Source: Podarcis muralis (taxonomy: Eukaryota). Taken from it: a stretch of 64,000 bases of DNA. Every line of letters begins with the position of its first letter. The first letter of the stretch is position 1. The notes under the pieces were generated by a model, which saw only the letters and a list, made by a program, of their open reading frames with translations, did not search any database and was not told the DNA's origin. A program made the translations under genes and the position numbers. Below are positions 47,711 through 61,276 of this stretch, one piece after another. Where the stretch lies: positions 38,564,001 through 38,628,000 of the forward strand of contig NC_135657.1 of NCBI RefSeq assembly GCF_964188315.1. The letters are read 5' to 3'.

Positions 47711-48370
47711 TAGCAGATAAACTTCACTGCAAGACTGTGTGGCCAATGTTTACAACCTTCCTCTGCAATATGCTGTAACGAGAGAGTATTGGGCATGATC
47801 AATGAGGATATGGTCTTATTTCACATCAGATGGGAATAGATATAGCTGAATAGATATAGCTTGAGCTCAGTGTGAACTCTTGCACATGCCCCTGATTTTT
47901 TTAAAAAAGTGCACAGGGGTTCCTTGATGGACAGGTCAATATGGAATGGGTTCCTTGAAGGTAGGAAGTCAGAAAACTAGCCTTCAATGTTCCAAATCAA
48001 ATTGACAGTGCAACATAAGGCATGATGGAACAGAGGATGCCAATAATCATATGGTCACACTGGTGCCCTGAATCTCTGAGCAGTGAGAGGTTTCAGGGGT
48101 TCAGCACTACTTGGGTTTGGTTTCTTGGGGGTTTACTGGTGTTTTGCAACATTTTTATTTATTATCAGGCTGTGCATTGGTGGAGGTACAGTACAGCATA
48201 AAGCATTTCAACAGCAAGCCTTCTCTTGCCACATCAGGTCCTCCAGGACAACAGCCAGCATCTCCGATATTCTTTTTATAGAGCCAAAACTCAGGTCCCT
48301 TATTCCCTTCCATATCTGACTCAGTCTGCCTCAAAACTGCCAGCCTGTTCTCCAGAGATACTGCTTACAG

Positions 48371-48622
48371 CAGGGGTCAGCAAACTTTTCCAGCTGTGGA
48401 CCGGTCCACCGTCCCTCAGACCTTGTGGGGGGCTGGACTATATTTTGAAAAAATATATATGAATGAATTCCTATGCCCCACAAATAACCCAGAGATGTAT
48501 TTTAAATAAAAGCACACATTCTACTCATGTAAAAACATGCCGATTCCCGGACCGTCCGCGGGCCAGATTGAGAAGGCGATTGGGCCGCATCCGGCCCCTG
48601 GGCCTTAGGTTGCCTACCTCTG
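48371..48622. mobile_element. hAT (Charlie-like) MITE
   Basis: Ends CAGGGGTCAGCAAAC / GTTGCCTACCTCTG; perfect 8-bp TSD GCTTACAG (48363-48370, 48623-48630). Confidence 0.9.
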
Positions 48623-51600
48623 GCTTACAGCATCCCCAACTGAGTGGGAAGGAAAAGGCACAACCCTTTTCATATATTACCTCATTCATTCCTAAGGCCA
48701 GCTGTTGAGAGCCATTGGCCTAGTATCCAGAATAGAGGCCTGATATATTAGGCTTGAGACTTCTCCTGTACAGCTTATGATCTGATGCTCTTGCATCTTT
48801 GAGCCAGTGTGCATCACCAGATTTTTATATTTTTGCTAGAAGTAGAAATTGGTGATTACCTTTTTTCAACATATTATTAGTCTTGGTTTCCTTGTGAAGA
48901 TGGAAATACATTGCCTTGTTCTGAGCCATTATCAAAAACAATAAGAGAATCTTAGTATATATAAAATATACAGAGGCACATTGTTTTTTGTCCATCTGTA
49001 AAAATCATGATTTCTCCGAAAGGCTAACTAGTCTCCTTGGCAAGAGCATTTTCCACTACAGCGTAATTGCAATATAGATTCTTGAATTTTGTCAGGTCCA
49101 CGAGTTGAAAATATTTAGCTGGGCATTCTCCAAGCCATTTGTATTTCCTTGGACATTCAAGTAAAAACTTCATGGCTGGTGATATCTTACTGCTACTAAT
49201 ATGAATAAAATGTCTTTGCAGCATCTTCGCTATTAAAAAGCTATTCTTTTGCCACAATAAGCCAAAGCATTTTGAACATCAGAAACATTCCAGGATTTTT
49301 TTTTTTTTTACTGTAAATAGATGTTTAGTTCCTCCTTGGTTTGTTGCCTATTTAGAATATGGAATGTTGCTCTCTTTGAAGTCAGTGGACCAGCACTGAT
49401 TTGCACATGATAAAGATCTGGCCCCCAAATCTGTACCCATCTAGGGTAATTGAGCTAGGTTAAACCAATCTAGGATTGTGAATATGAAGATCCTACATTT
49501 TAGAAAGCTCATTTCTCAAATGATTGCATCAGAATTTGGATACATGCAAAGGTGTATCTAGGCCCCCTTATCGCCCTTGGCGAGGAGCTGTATTGGCGCC
49601 TCTGAAGTTGGGGGACCAGAAACTCAGAAAGTTTGCTTTTGGTTGACTTTTGCACTCCACCAGTTTCTTCCTCTGCAACCATCAGGTTTGGGTCTGCTCT
49701 GTTCCACCTCCCCTCTTCCTCTGCTGCCTGCCTGGTTCAGCTCACTGCTTTCGCTTCTGCCTACTTCCTCCCTCCCTTCCACCCCCCCCACTGGAACTCT
49801 TGCCAACTCTTTCCCTCTTTCTTCCCTCCAAGCCCTGCTGGGTGCTCAGCTCACACTTTTAATAGCATCACTGGCCAGCTGAGGAGGGGGCCCTGCAGGG
49901 CTGCTGCGATAGCCCATACCAGCAACCAGATTCCTCCACCGAGGTGCCCAGATGAGCCTGCTCAGTTTGCCCGGCCACCCAAAGCACTGGAGGAGTGGTC
50001 TGGGGAGCATACGGGCAGGTGGGTGGGTTCCTAGCCACTCTAAGCCAGAGGTGTGATTTTTGGGCCGCCGCCCTCTGCCTGTGCCCTTGGCTGGGGCCAA
50101 CTCCTAGGTATACCTTTGGATATGTTACGGTTTACTAACACTAGTCTCTCCCCCCCCCCAACTTTTGCTAACTTTGTATGCCCAAAGCATGTTCCCATTT
50201 CTGTCGCCCCCCGCACCTTAGCACTAAGGAACCAGGAAGAAGATTATTTGTGGCATTTCCATCCTTTACTTGCCTTCTTCCTCAGATATCAAGTCAGTGG
50301 TTCTAGGGTAGATAGCTATACAGAGTTCAGTGTCAGTTTTCAGGCTTTTACAGCAGTGTTTAATCATTCACCACAATACAAAGAGTTGTATTTCTTCTTG
50401 CTTTTGTCTTCACAGATGGGGTTTTGGTCCTGGTCATATTGGGGGAATTCATTGCCCCAAAGGAATGTAAAATTTCTAATACTTCCACAATGAATTTACT
50501 GAAGGGGAAACTACTTCTACACAAGAAGCAATAATTCCGGAGGGGGAACTCCGGAGAGAAAGTTCAGACCTGTGTCTTTACACGATGACATGTGGGTGGA
50601 TGGGATTCAGTTATATTCCAGTGTCTTGGTGTACAAGGAAACAGCTTGAAAAGAGAAAATGAAATCAGAGCATCAACTTGGCTTACACTGGAGTCCATTG
50701 AATTCAAGACTAACTTTTGCTCCAGACCATTTGTGTGACTTGGAACAAGCTCTTAAGTATCCATCTTCCTTGGCTCTCCATTCTGTTAATAAAGAAAATA
50801 TTCATGTAGGTGAATGAGGAAAGTTATGGTAGAAGACTAAGGTCCAACATACACATCCCTTTGGTTTCCTAAGGAGGCTTCCATAAATGCTGTACTTCCA
50901 TAAAGTTTTCCATATTAAAGTGCTCTACCAAAAAAGAAAAGAAAAAAGAAATTAAGTGTATGACATAATCTGTTGTGTATATAGCAGATTCATTCTCATG
51001 GCATGGAGATACAGTAGTTCTATGGATGCACAAGGTGTACTCTAGGATCTATGCAAAGCCATGGCAGACTACTGTTATCTGCAGGCTCATCTTTTCTGGT
51101 GGGAAGTGGCTATCGAACCATATGCACAAAGAATTATTCAGCACTCGGCTACAAAGCCCTTCAGTGGGCTGAAATACAGCTCAACAAAATGTGGCTTGAG
51201 TCTGAGCACGCAGGCTGCTTCGCTAGGAAGACAGCAGAGATCGGGCATATGAGAGATATCAGGCTAGATAGAAAATAATTCTCCACTTTTTCCAATGGAC
51301 AGTGCATTGGTCCATAGTCTGCTTCAACAATGGGAACCTGTGGCCCTTCAGATACTAAACTACGTTCCCACAATCCCTGATTGACCACCCTAGATGGGGT
51401 TGACGGGAACTAAAGTCCAACAACATCTGGAGGACCACGGAATATCCATCCCTAGTCTACAGTATAGACAAGTATAGATTTGTAACAATACATAAATTGC
51501 CTTTTTGATTGATGAAGCAAGTAAACGTGATCTGAGAGTACCCCAGATGAACTGGTCTTCTGGGTCATGTAGATCTTTGTAGGCTCACTCACTACCAGGG

Positions 51601-51672
51601 CTACTGACAACTCTCAGACAACCAGATTACCATTTGCAAATTCAAACTGGGTTGACTTCTTCCTTTGGCATA

Positions 51673-51710
<38 letters not shown>

Positions 51711-51714
<4 letters not shown>

Positions 51715-52162
51715 GGTTTTGGTGTCCTCGGGTATCTTCCTGTGTAAAAGTCCCGTGTAAATGTAGTACACCCATCTTCTCAGAAAAACTCTTCACAAAG
51801 TTCAAGAGGTCAAGACACAAAGGCTTTAGCAACTAATCCACACCTAATGACCCACCTAAGTGGTACTCAGGATATCACTCAAGAAATCACTCAAGATATC
51901 CCTCAAGCAATTAAGGAACAAAAGAAGAAAAGGCACACTAGCCTGGGAACTTCCTCTCTGCCCAGAACCTCCTCAACAGTATTTATAGGAACTCAAACAC
52001 TGAGATCCTGCTCTGTTCCAGTAACAAGAAGCCGAAAGCACCAGCCTGAAGATGACGAGTGAGACCTCGTCGAAACGTCGCCTAGACACCCCAACTTTTA
52101 CACGGGAAGATACCCGAGGACACCAAAACCTGCATTCCTGTACCCGTGAAAATCTACGAAAC

Positions 52163-52165
<3 letters not shown>
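51711..52165 (+). mobile_element. Penelope-like element terminal fragment (hammerhead family B) with inverted 5' segment, inside (TA)n
   Basis: 41-bp inverted repeat (51711-51751 vs 52094-52134, 1 mismatch), hammerhead motif at 52046-52079, (AT)n tracts on both sides (51676-51711, 52166-52204). Confidence 0.72.
52041..52085 (+). ncRNA. Minimal hammerhead ribozyme motif (stem I imperfect)
   Basis: CCAGC-CTGAAGA-T-GACGAG-TGAGAC-CTCGTC-GAAA-C-G-TC-GCCTAG: core intact, 6-bp stem II, palindromic ACGU stem III, GUC triplet. Stem I has only 2 clean pairs. Confidence 0.65.
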
Positions 52166-52206
<41 letters not shown>

Positions 52207-54385
52207 ATCAAAAGCACTTCATGTGATTCAACACCCCCCACCCCAAACTTCCCAGCAATGCTCAGTCATCTGGTGATGCTTCTAGGTCTAAAACGATTTT
52301 TTGAGATCTAGACGCACGAGTCATGAGCCATAATAACTGGCCTTCTTCCATCTGCTCCATTTGGTATCAATTTGTGCCTGGAAAAGAGCATTTCCAGCTC
52401 CCAGCTGTGCATGCCTGCCTGCCAGGGCAGTTCTGATTAGATTTGCAGCTGTGCTTAACTTTCCTCTGCTTGCATTAGACTCTTGTTCTAGGGCTGAAGG
52501 GAAAGGGGGAGGGTGCAAAGATACAAAGGCCTGTAAGGGAGGAGCAATTCCTAATGGGAGGAGTGCGCTATATCTTAACCACTATTATTTCCCTCTTGGA
52601 AGTATTATTTCTATGTCATTCTTCTCATCTCGTCTTTGCTATTTGCTAGCTGGGGATAAATAGCTTTGTTGGGAACCCTTCTTCGCACCAACAATGATTC
52701 TTTGCTCATCTAGACATTAGGTTGTTGTCCAGAACTTTGTAACACTGCAGAAAAGCCAGATTTATCAGCCTTCGCATTATAATATTGGGCTTCTCCTGGT
52801 CCTTGGAATATGGCAGATATTTCATCACATTCCTGGATTGATTTTGGTTACACACTGAGATATATGAAATGTCAAGTAATTGTTTTTAACAGAGAAGCTG
52901 AATATAACGCTAGGTCCTTATAAATCAGCTATTGTAGGAAATACAGACTTTCTTGCACAGTCATGAGAAGTAGTAATACAGAGGTTTGGAATTACCTCGG
53001 AGGGAAATCTCAGCAAGAAGATAGCAGATTGAAGAAAAATGAAAGTGGACAGTTCTGCTGCTAGTTTAAAGTGATTCAGGGACTGGCAAGGCACACTATA
53101 ATAGCTTCTTAGTTAGCCACCACTGTTATAGTTAACATAATATAGTCCTCCTTGTTGGGTAGACTTCTTGTTTGAAGGAAGGATGCTGCTGATTGGTGAG
53201 ACCTTATTCAGGCAACCAACAGGAATCAATATTTGACTATTTTGGCTTCACATAATCTCTCATTCATCCAGTTTGAGCCTTCATCCAGGCTTTGAGTGCA
53301 GCATGAACCTGTTGCTGGCACACAATGATTTGACATCAGAGTCAGCTGAAGGCAATTGGAAGAGGTAAGTTAATTTCCCATTTGGTAACTCTGAAAGGTA
53401 ATGGTAGATCCCTAACAATGGACTGTAGGGTAACCATTGCTCCATGTTACTCTGCTATTGCTGTGTCTCATGTAAAATTATATTGTGTATGTGCGAAGGA
53501 CACCGAGAGAGGTTGTATTGTCATATTAGTTCCATGAAATACAGAAGTTTTAATTAGGTAAAATGGGAAGGCCTCTAAATGTCTTGTCTGAATACTTGAT
53601 GTAGTTTAGAATACAGCTACTAGGCTGCCAGCTGGGACTAGCCCTAGGAATCATATACCAGTTTTGAAACAGCACTAGCGGCTGATGAATTTACTGTAAG
53701 TGGGCGGCAACTGCAGAGGGCTTTTTCATCTGTGGCTCTGCATCTGAGAAAAGCTCTTCCCAAGGAGGCTCAACTGGTTCCTACTCATTTCTTTTTGTGC
53801 CAGATTAAGATCTTTGCATTATCACAGGCCTTTAAAAACACTGCTTTGAGTTGTTTTGGCAAACTCTGCCAACTCTGGTATGCTATAGTTCTTGTTTGTT
53901 ACTGATTTAATGGGTTTTTAAAAACTCACATCAGTTTTATGCTTGCACTTGCTGTCCTGGGAATGTGCAGCTAATATACCTATTCTTGATATTTATCATT
54001 ACTTTTTACATGATTGCAGAACTGACAAGACACGTGTTGATCCCATTTATAATGGATTTCTGTATGAATAGCCACAGTCCAAGTGACTGCCAAATTTTAT
54101 CTTAAGGTAAGGCAACGAAGGTCTGAATCAGCAGCTTCCTTTTCATTTTTGCATGATGAGTTTTGTACGATTCAGAGGTCTGAGTATGTGAGTCAGAGAG
54201 AAAGATGAAGGCAATACCATCCTCTCAGCTAAATGCAGCACTGGGCTGTGCACCAGCAGCACGACTGGGATTTCCCTTTTTCAGTACTGCCAACAAACAT
54301 CTACCCACCTTCTAAGAGCTGGCACATGCCTTGGCAACTGCTCCGGAGGGGACCATAGGAAGCTGATTATTGGTCCTTCTAGTAT

Positions 54386-54493
54386 AGATATGGGGGACCT
54401 TTGGCCCTCCAGATGTTGCTGAACAAGCATGGCCAAGGATGATGGAAGGTGTAGTTCTGCAACATCTGGAGGGTGAAAGGTTTCCCACCCCTG
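54386..54493. mobile_element. hAT-type MITE (family of 151-275)
   Basis: GGGGGACCTTTGGCCCTCCAGATGTTGC ... GCAACATCTGGAGGG...TTTCCCACCCCTG inverted arms. Confidence 0.7.
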
Positions 54494-57029
54494 ATCTAAT
54501 TGGGTATTCATCGTTATTGTTAACAATGACTGGCAACAGCTCTCCTCTCCAGAGTTTCAGTCAGGACACTTTCCATGCCCTCAACAACGATGAATTTGCA
54601 GTATCCTTCCTTAAGCTTATAGAGATATCACTAGAAATCCAGAGAATGGGAGTGAATAGCAGAGAATTAAGTCTGCCTGCTTAAAAATAAGAGAGTATAA
54701 TGCACTCTTAAAACTTACTAACACCACTTTTACTGGACACTATTGGAAGACACAGTATGGGGCCAGAAAATGGACAGTTGGTCTGACCAAATATTAATTG
54801 TTAATTAATTGTTATAAAACCATTAATATCCTGACTTTTGGCCCTAAAAAGAGTAACTCCCAATGCAACTTTCACTTATAATTAAAATATTGACCAATAC
54901 AGCCATCAAAAACAAACAGAACACATTTACAATGATCAATGCAGCAGAGAAAAATTCAGCACAACTCAAATACGTAGTAAAATAAAATGGTTTTGACAGA
55001 ATGTCTAAGTCATAATCTGGCTTTGCTAGCTCTTTCCACAGAATTTCAAATTGTTAAACTATGAGATGTTTTCTAGAAGCTACCTTGTGCCCCTTTTAAA
55101 TATCTGTTATGAATGCAAATTGTATTGGCACATCCTGGGAAGAAAGAAAGGACACACACACACACACACACATTTGATTAACCCTAAGTCAACATTATGA
55201 TCCAAGAATCTGCTTTTGCTTTTGCAATAAATTCAGGAAATAATTGTTTTTATCAAATCCACCGATATCAAGAAAAAATGAACAATCACAAGCAAAATCA
55301 GGAATTTGTCCCAAAGATCAGGGTCACAGCAGGACAGCTCAGCACATTTCCAGGAAATGGCTGGTATAGAGATCAGTACCTTAGCAGCAGTGAGCTGCAG
55401 ATATAATAGGAATGGGGGGGTTTAGAGATCTGGTGCTGTATTTCAGAAGATTAGAATTAAAGATTGCAAGGGCAGGTCCAAGGCTTTTCACCACAAATCT
55501 CTGCCCCCACCGAGCTCTGAAATTTCTTATAGGTTTTACAAGCCAGGCAAGAGTTATGTGCTTCTGGTGGCACTTTCCTAATCTCCCTTGCTGTCCACCC
55601 TCACAAGTGGAGAAGCATTTAGCAATAAGGAATAAATTTTAGTTCCTGGACAGGCTAAAACCACAGACTCTTGGAGAAAGGCATACATGTCTCCTTTCAA
55701 ACTGAGCCACTATTTATTCCTCAAGACCAAGAGACACTTTCCACACAGTAAAGCAGCTCCTTGTGATCTTTTCAGCTTCTTTGCAGCAGCTTGCTCTGTC
55801 CCCCACCCCCGTATTAATGAAATTATATCAGCTTGGGAAGTAGGACTTTTACATGTACTGTAACCATTACCTCTTTCCCTCTTCACCATTTCACCACCTA
55901 ACTGTTTATCAGTTGCACTGCATCTCATTTCCACAGCTGCCGTTGCCTTGAGCCATACACAGGTGGATGTGTGCTTTTCCTACATACTTAAAAAATGATT
56001 CCACCCAAATGATGTTTACACTTGATTTTAGCCAAAAGGCCAAGAAGCCAAAATAATTTTTACGAGCGAATGCATTATTCCTGATTAGAATTACATCATT
56101 CTAATATGGGAATCACATGGTTGCCATATGAGATGATGAAAGGCTAATCAGCAAGGATGTTTCCCTTTAACCTTTCTTTTAGAGATATATTGGGAGAGCA
56201 CACAAACACACACCACAAAGTGTTGACAGCTCTGAAACAGAGGTGTAGTGAAAACGATTTGCTGAAGGGCCATTCACACTTACTGCATTGTCTATACCGA
56301 AAGCACTTGTATATAAAAAGTGTACATTTATCAGTGTGTAAATGCACTGTGAATAAGCACTGGGGAGCTGAGGCCACAATTATGTCCCCCTGGTGCTTAT
56401 TCCCCAGTGTTTAAGAATACATGCCTGCTAGTCATACTTTATTCCCCAAACACAACTGTGTCAAGTGTGAAGTGGCTGAGGCAGGACTTGACCAGCAGTA
56501 TATGTATGTTGTATGTGTTGACATAACCTGGTACAAGAGCAGCTCTTGGCTTATTTTATCTGGTGACTGATCAGAGGACAATAGACTGGCATATTACACA
56601 GTCGTTCTGTGCCATAAATTTCTTCGAAAGCAAAACTACAACTGATGCGGGAGATCCCAAACAAGAACTCTGGAGCTTTTTAAAACGGGCAACCACAGTG
56701 GGAGTGAGGATCAGAAGCATGGCACAGGAGAGGAGAATGGAGCCTGCATGCTTTGCCAATAGCACCATGGTGGGGATTTCAAGAAGGCAAAGCATGAGGT
56801 TTAGTTATACTTCCGCAGGTGCCATGGTTACAGCCCAAATAGTGCGCCCCCCCTTCCCTATGGCTGTTATTCGCATTAAACACACACACACATATTGTAT
56901 CTCCAGCAGCCAGTGTGTTCATTGTTCCACACCCCATAATCTAGTCCCTGCCTATACAGGCCAAGATGTCTCGTCCCCGATACACTGTTCAGGAAAAAGT
57001 TCAGACTCTACCCAGCGCCCTATTCCTTC

Positions 57030-58250
57030 GCTTCCAGACAGCGCGCGCGCACAGCCGCCGGGTCAGCTCCCGAAGCCTGACAGACGGGGAGCGACGGGAG
57101 ATTCATCCCAGATCTCTCGACTGCTTGGCGCGGTCTGTTTCTTAGGAGCAGAGCGGGTGTGTTGGAAGCCCCCCCCCCCGTAGCTGTCAACTTTTCCCTT
57201 TTCTTGCGAGGAATCCTATTCGGAATAAGGGAATTTCCCTTAAAAAAAGGGAAACGTTGACAGCTATGCGCCCCCCCCCCCCAATATCTATGGTGTGTTT
57301 CTTTGACGAGCTAATGGCAACATGTGCAGTTGGGGAGACGAAGGAACAAAAATACGGTCTCTGAGTGCGCGCGCGCGCAGGTTCTCTGGACGAGTTGCCA
57401 CAGGTACCAGAGACTTGGGGAGGGGGGGGGGCAAGCGTGATAACAAAGACATGTCTCGCCTGCCCCCCCCCCAACTCCTTCTCCTCGCTCATTATAATGT
57501 GGGAGAAACCGAGCAGAAACGTGTTTTACAACAACAGCGGGACAAAACGTCTATATGCCAAACGAAACGAAATCCCGCTCGCAAGCCGGCGTTATCTTTC
57601 CGGCATGGGCCGGAGCGCCTTCGCCACCTGCCTCCTCCTGACACACACACACACTCTCAATCCACCGCCCCCCCCCCCAGCCCGCCGCCTTTGTAAATCC
57701 GGCTCGCGCGAAGCGAGCGGCACCTTTCCCAGAGCAGCTGCTTCCCGCGCGCGCGCGCCCGGCCCCTCCTCTTCCCGCCCACCTGGGAGACGGACAGACT
57801 CCCTCTCTCCTCGCCTCCGCCGGCTGCTGGTGCGGACTCGCGACTCTGCACGTAGCGAATGGAGGCGGGCTCCTCCTCCTCCTCCGGCGCGCATGGAAAC
57901 TGCTGCGCCGCGTGTGGCGGATCCCACCCCCCCTTTCTATCCCCCCTATTCAGTTTCCGACGCACCATCAAGGGCTGCGTGTGAGACGGCGAGCAGGCGG
58001 GGCTCTTCCTCCGTCTCCTCCTGCCACATACGCGCCGGCTGCGCCTTTGCTCTTTCTGTTCTTTGGCGATGCCTTGAAGGGTTTAATCTTCGCTGCCTGC
58101 CGAGGGAGGGGAGTTTGGAGGTCATTTCGCTTTCCTCTCCTTCAGAGGTTCAGTTCCTGCCATGAAGGACTCCGGGTGGGTTGGTCGAGGTCAAGCACAG
58201 ACCAGCACAAAGGACCGGCCGTTGATTTCCAATCCAAGGCAAGGTGTTGC
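57030..58250. promoter_or_regulatory. Large orphan CpG island, promoter-like
   Basis: Dense CpG with (CG)n runs, GC boxes and a TACGTG (minus strand) at 57849-57854; no recognisable coding exon. Confidence 0.65.
57179..57268. mobile_element. 90-bp palindromic MITE inside the CpG island
   Basis: Inverted arms (C)GTAGCTGTCAACTTTTCCCTTTT / AAAAGGGAAACGTTGACAGCTATG, with poly-C flanks on both sides. Confidence 0.75.
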
Positions 58251-59266
58251 CTTATATTTTAGAGTGAATTGTTCGTTTAACACGGATCAATTAGCCTTTT
58301 GGCATATCCACACCTACAATTAACTGTCTCGCAAGAAAATCCCGGGAACTGTAGTTCGTGAAGGGTGCTGAGTCTTGTTGCTCTGTGGGGGACAAACTGT
58401 AGTTCCCAAGACCTCACGCCACACATTTATTGATTATACAGCAGGGTTCGTTTGGCAGGGTGGCAGAGATTGATCCTTCCTTACAGTCAGTGCTGTTGGA
58501 GTGGTTTTCTGTTCTGTGGTTGGGAAGCACCTAACCAGAGGTGCCAACTTGAATAAAATATTGGGGGGGGGGGGGGGGAGGTAAGCCCTGCCCTACATAA
58601 TCAATCACATTACACGGCACACACACAGCATTTGAATGGCAATGTCCAACTTTACACCCATATCCATTTATCTGGGTGTAAGCTCTATTGAACTTAATGG
58701 GACTTCCTTATGATTAGACAGGTACAGGATTGAACTATAATTGTACAAAGGCTTGTGAAAGTTCCCTCCCCAAATCACAAACTTTTCTTGAAACCCCCTG
58801 CAAGTGCATTGTTAAATGCTCTTGAAGTACTGAATACCTGCCATAGGGATGAAGGTGAAGTGGACTGGAACTTCTTATCATAGGGATAGTGTTTTTATTA
58901 CTGATCATTTCTATAAAACAAGGAAGCATCTTGTGGCACCTTAAAGACTAAGAAATGGATTATGATTCATGAGATACATATTATAATTTCTATAGGACTT
59001 ACTGGTGTGCCTGGGGTACTCAAAAAGGCTATACTGACAATGGACAGACATTTCTCCGGGAAATGGTTTTACAATGACATTAAATGAATATACTGTGCAG
59101 AATGATTCTGGTTATAGCATGCCTTCAGTTTGTGGGAACTAGAAAGTCTTCTTACCAGAGTTACCTAATTTTAAAATATATTATTTTAGCATATGACATC
59201 AGCATAGAATTGCACACACTGCATAGACTGCAGCTGCACAATAATACATATTTTTAAGATTTATGA

Positions 59267-59315
<49 letters not shown>
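59267..59315. repeat. (CT)n(CA)n compound microsatellite
   Basis: Seen directly. Confidence 0.95.
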
Positions 59316-61276
59316 ACCACCTGACACCAGAGAGTATTAGGTCTATTTCAAAAACAAAATAATAATGAGAAATACCTTGATCATTTAGTGGCATATTCTT
59401 TGTACTAGAAATATTTATGGCAAGCTACTTAGTAACCAAACTTATGTAGAATAAATGAGGTGAGGAAGGGGCAACTTACAGCTCAGTGATAGTTTGGTAT
59501 GGGTGGTGCACAGCTTTGTGTTAGCATTCCTGATAGTCACAGCTTCCCATGGGTAAAGAGATGTCTGAATAAGTCATGGCAAGAATGCTGATGTGGGGGC
59601 ATTATGGTGCTGTGGTAGTATGCTAGTTTTTGTTCTAGCCAAACCTGTTTTCATAGCCATGTCCCTGCTCCACACCCTCTTTCCTATCTGGCTTGGCAAC
59701 CAGAGTACCAGGTGATGCCTCTCAGAAGGTTAAATTTGGTCTAGTCTACCAGTTGGTGCACCCTTGATATGCTAGACAGCTATCACCTGATCATTAAGAC
59801 GGTGCGAAAGGATACAGTCAGTATAATGCCCAGCTCTATCTTTCCTTGCCATTGGTATCAGAAAAGGCAGTGCAGGTCCTGTACTGTATGATAGTAAGGT
59901 AGCCTGGCTTCATTTCCTCCTGTTCTTAGAGAAAGAATGCTAAAATGTGATGGGGAAAGGCGAAAGAACTGATTCGAACAATTTTTTCCAGGAGGAAAAA
60001 AGGAAAGGAAAGAAAACGATCTCTCAAGTTAAAAAAGGTGTTTGAGTTTTTTGCTGAACTGGGGCAAATTGCTGGTGTGACCCATGCCATCTGAGATGGG
60101 GGTGAAGACCTCTCTAGGGAACTCCTGATGTTTCCCTCTTTGAAACACTTGATACCTGGTGTGATTTGATCTGTTCCAAAAAGAAAATGTTTCCGCTCTG
60201 AAAAATCTTTATGAGCTCACAGATTTGTCCTTTCCAGCAAGGCAGTCTTCATAATAGCCAGGAAAAGCTAAGGCACAGGGAATTCCAGTGGAGTCAAGGG
60301 GGTAAACCTCAGCCTCCCCATTCAGTAAAACAATGGAATGCATGTGTCTCGTGACACCACCATTCTGATCCTGGACTATATCGGTCATATATTTAACTGA
60401 ATGTCTTACATTGTTAATCAGAAACATACAATTTTGGAGACCCAGTGGTGCATCATTATGGTCAGATGTTCTAGGGCAAGACATAATTTACACACAGATA
60501 CAAACATTTACGGACTTTGTGGTGATGGAATAGCAGGGCTGCTGTACCTGATTGTATTGCTGCCTTTTCCTCTTCGTAAAACATGTTTGTACCTATGCAT
60601 TTCCAACATATGCAGATGGGTCCAAACTATCCTATCAAATTAGTAAATATATAGCTTGGCATGTCACAAATTTTGTTACTGTAGTTCTGGGCAAAGTGAA
60701 CCGATGTTTCAGCCCAGTATGAAACAGGTTCACTTGGAAGTAATTTTGATAGAACTTCCAAGTAAGTATGTTTAGATGGTCAGCCTCCGGCCTTCCCAGG
60801 TTGTCACTTTCCAGATAAACGCTTAACATTCATATAGCACACTTCAGGCTGGGTTAATGTGTGGCACGCCTACTATGCCATGACTATGAGAGAATAATGT
60901 CTGTAGCTGAGGTTTGATCTCAGCTCACAGCTCACTCACTCCATTAACCACTATGTGACACCAGCGTTCATTGTACAATCTGTGAGCAGATGGGAGTGTG
61001 GTGTGGTGGGGAACCCATGATGAGCATCAACAACAATGCCTCTCCCCTTGTAGCAAGGCTTTGCCATTTTGTGAACTTTAAATGCCTATCTATGGTTCTT
61101 CAATTCTACTGTCTGAAAACAAAATAAAAAAGTGGTGCAAAAGCTGTCCCTACAACAAGACTCTTCCTCCCACTGGAAGCAAGGCTAACCACAAAGCTTA
61201 ATAAGAGCCCTGCTGGATCAAGCCAATGGCCCATCTACTCCAGCATCCTGTTCTCACAGTGGCCAATCAGATGCCT

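Noticed and set aside
56563-57183. 206-codon ORF leading into the CpG island
   Set aside because: Starts at GTG, has no recognisable domain or splice structure, and ends in a poly-C tract; compatible with chance.
57365-58165. 266-aa ORF in the CpG island
   Set aside because: GC-rich low-complexity frame with no recognisable homology; treated as non-coding pending PhyloCSF.
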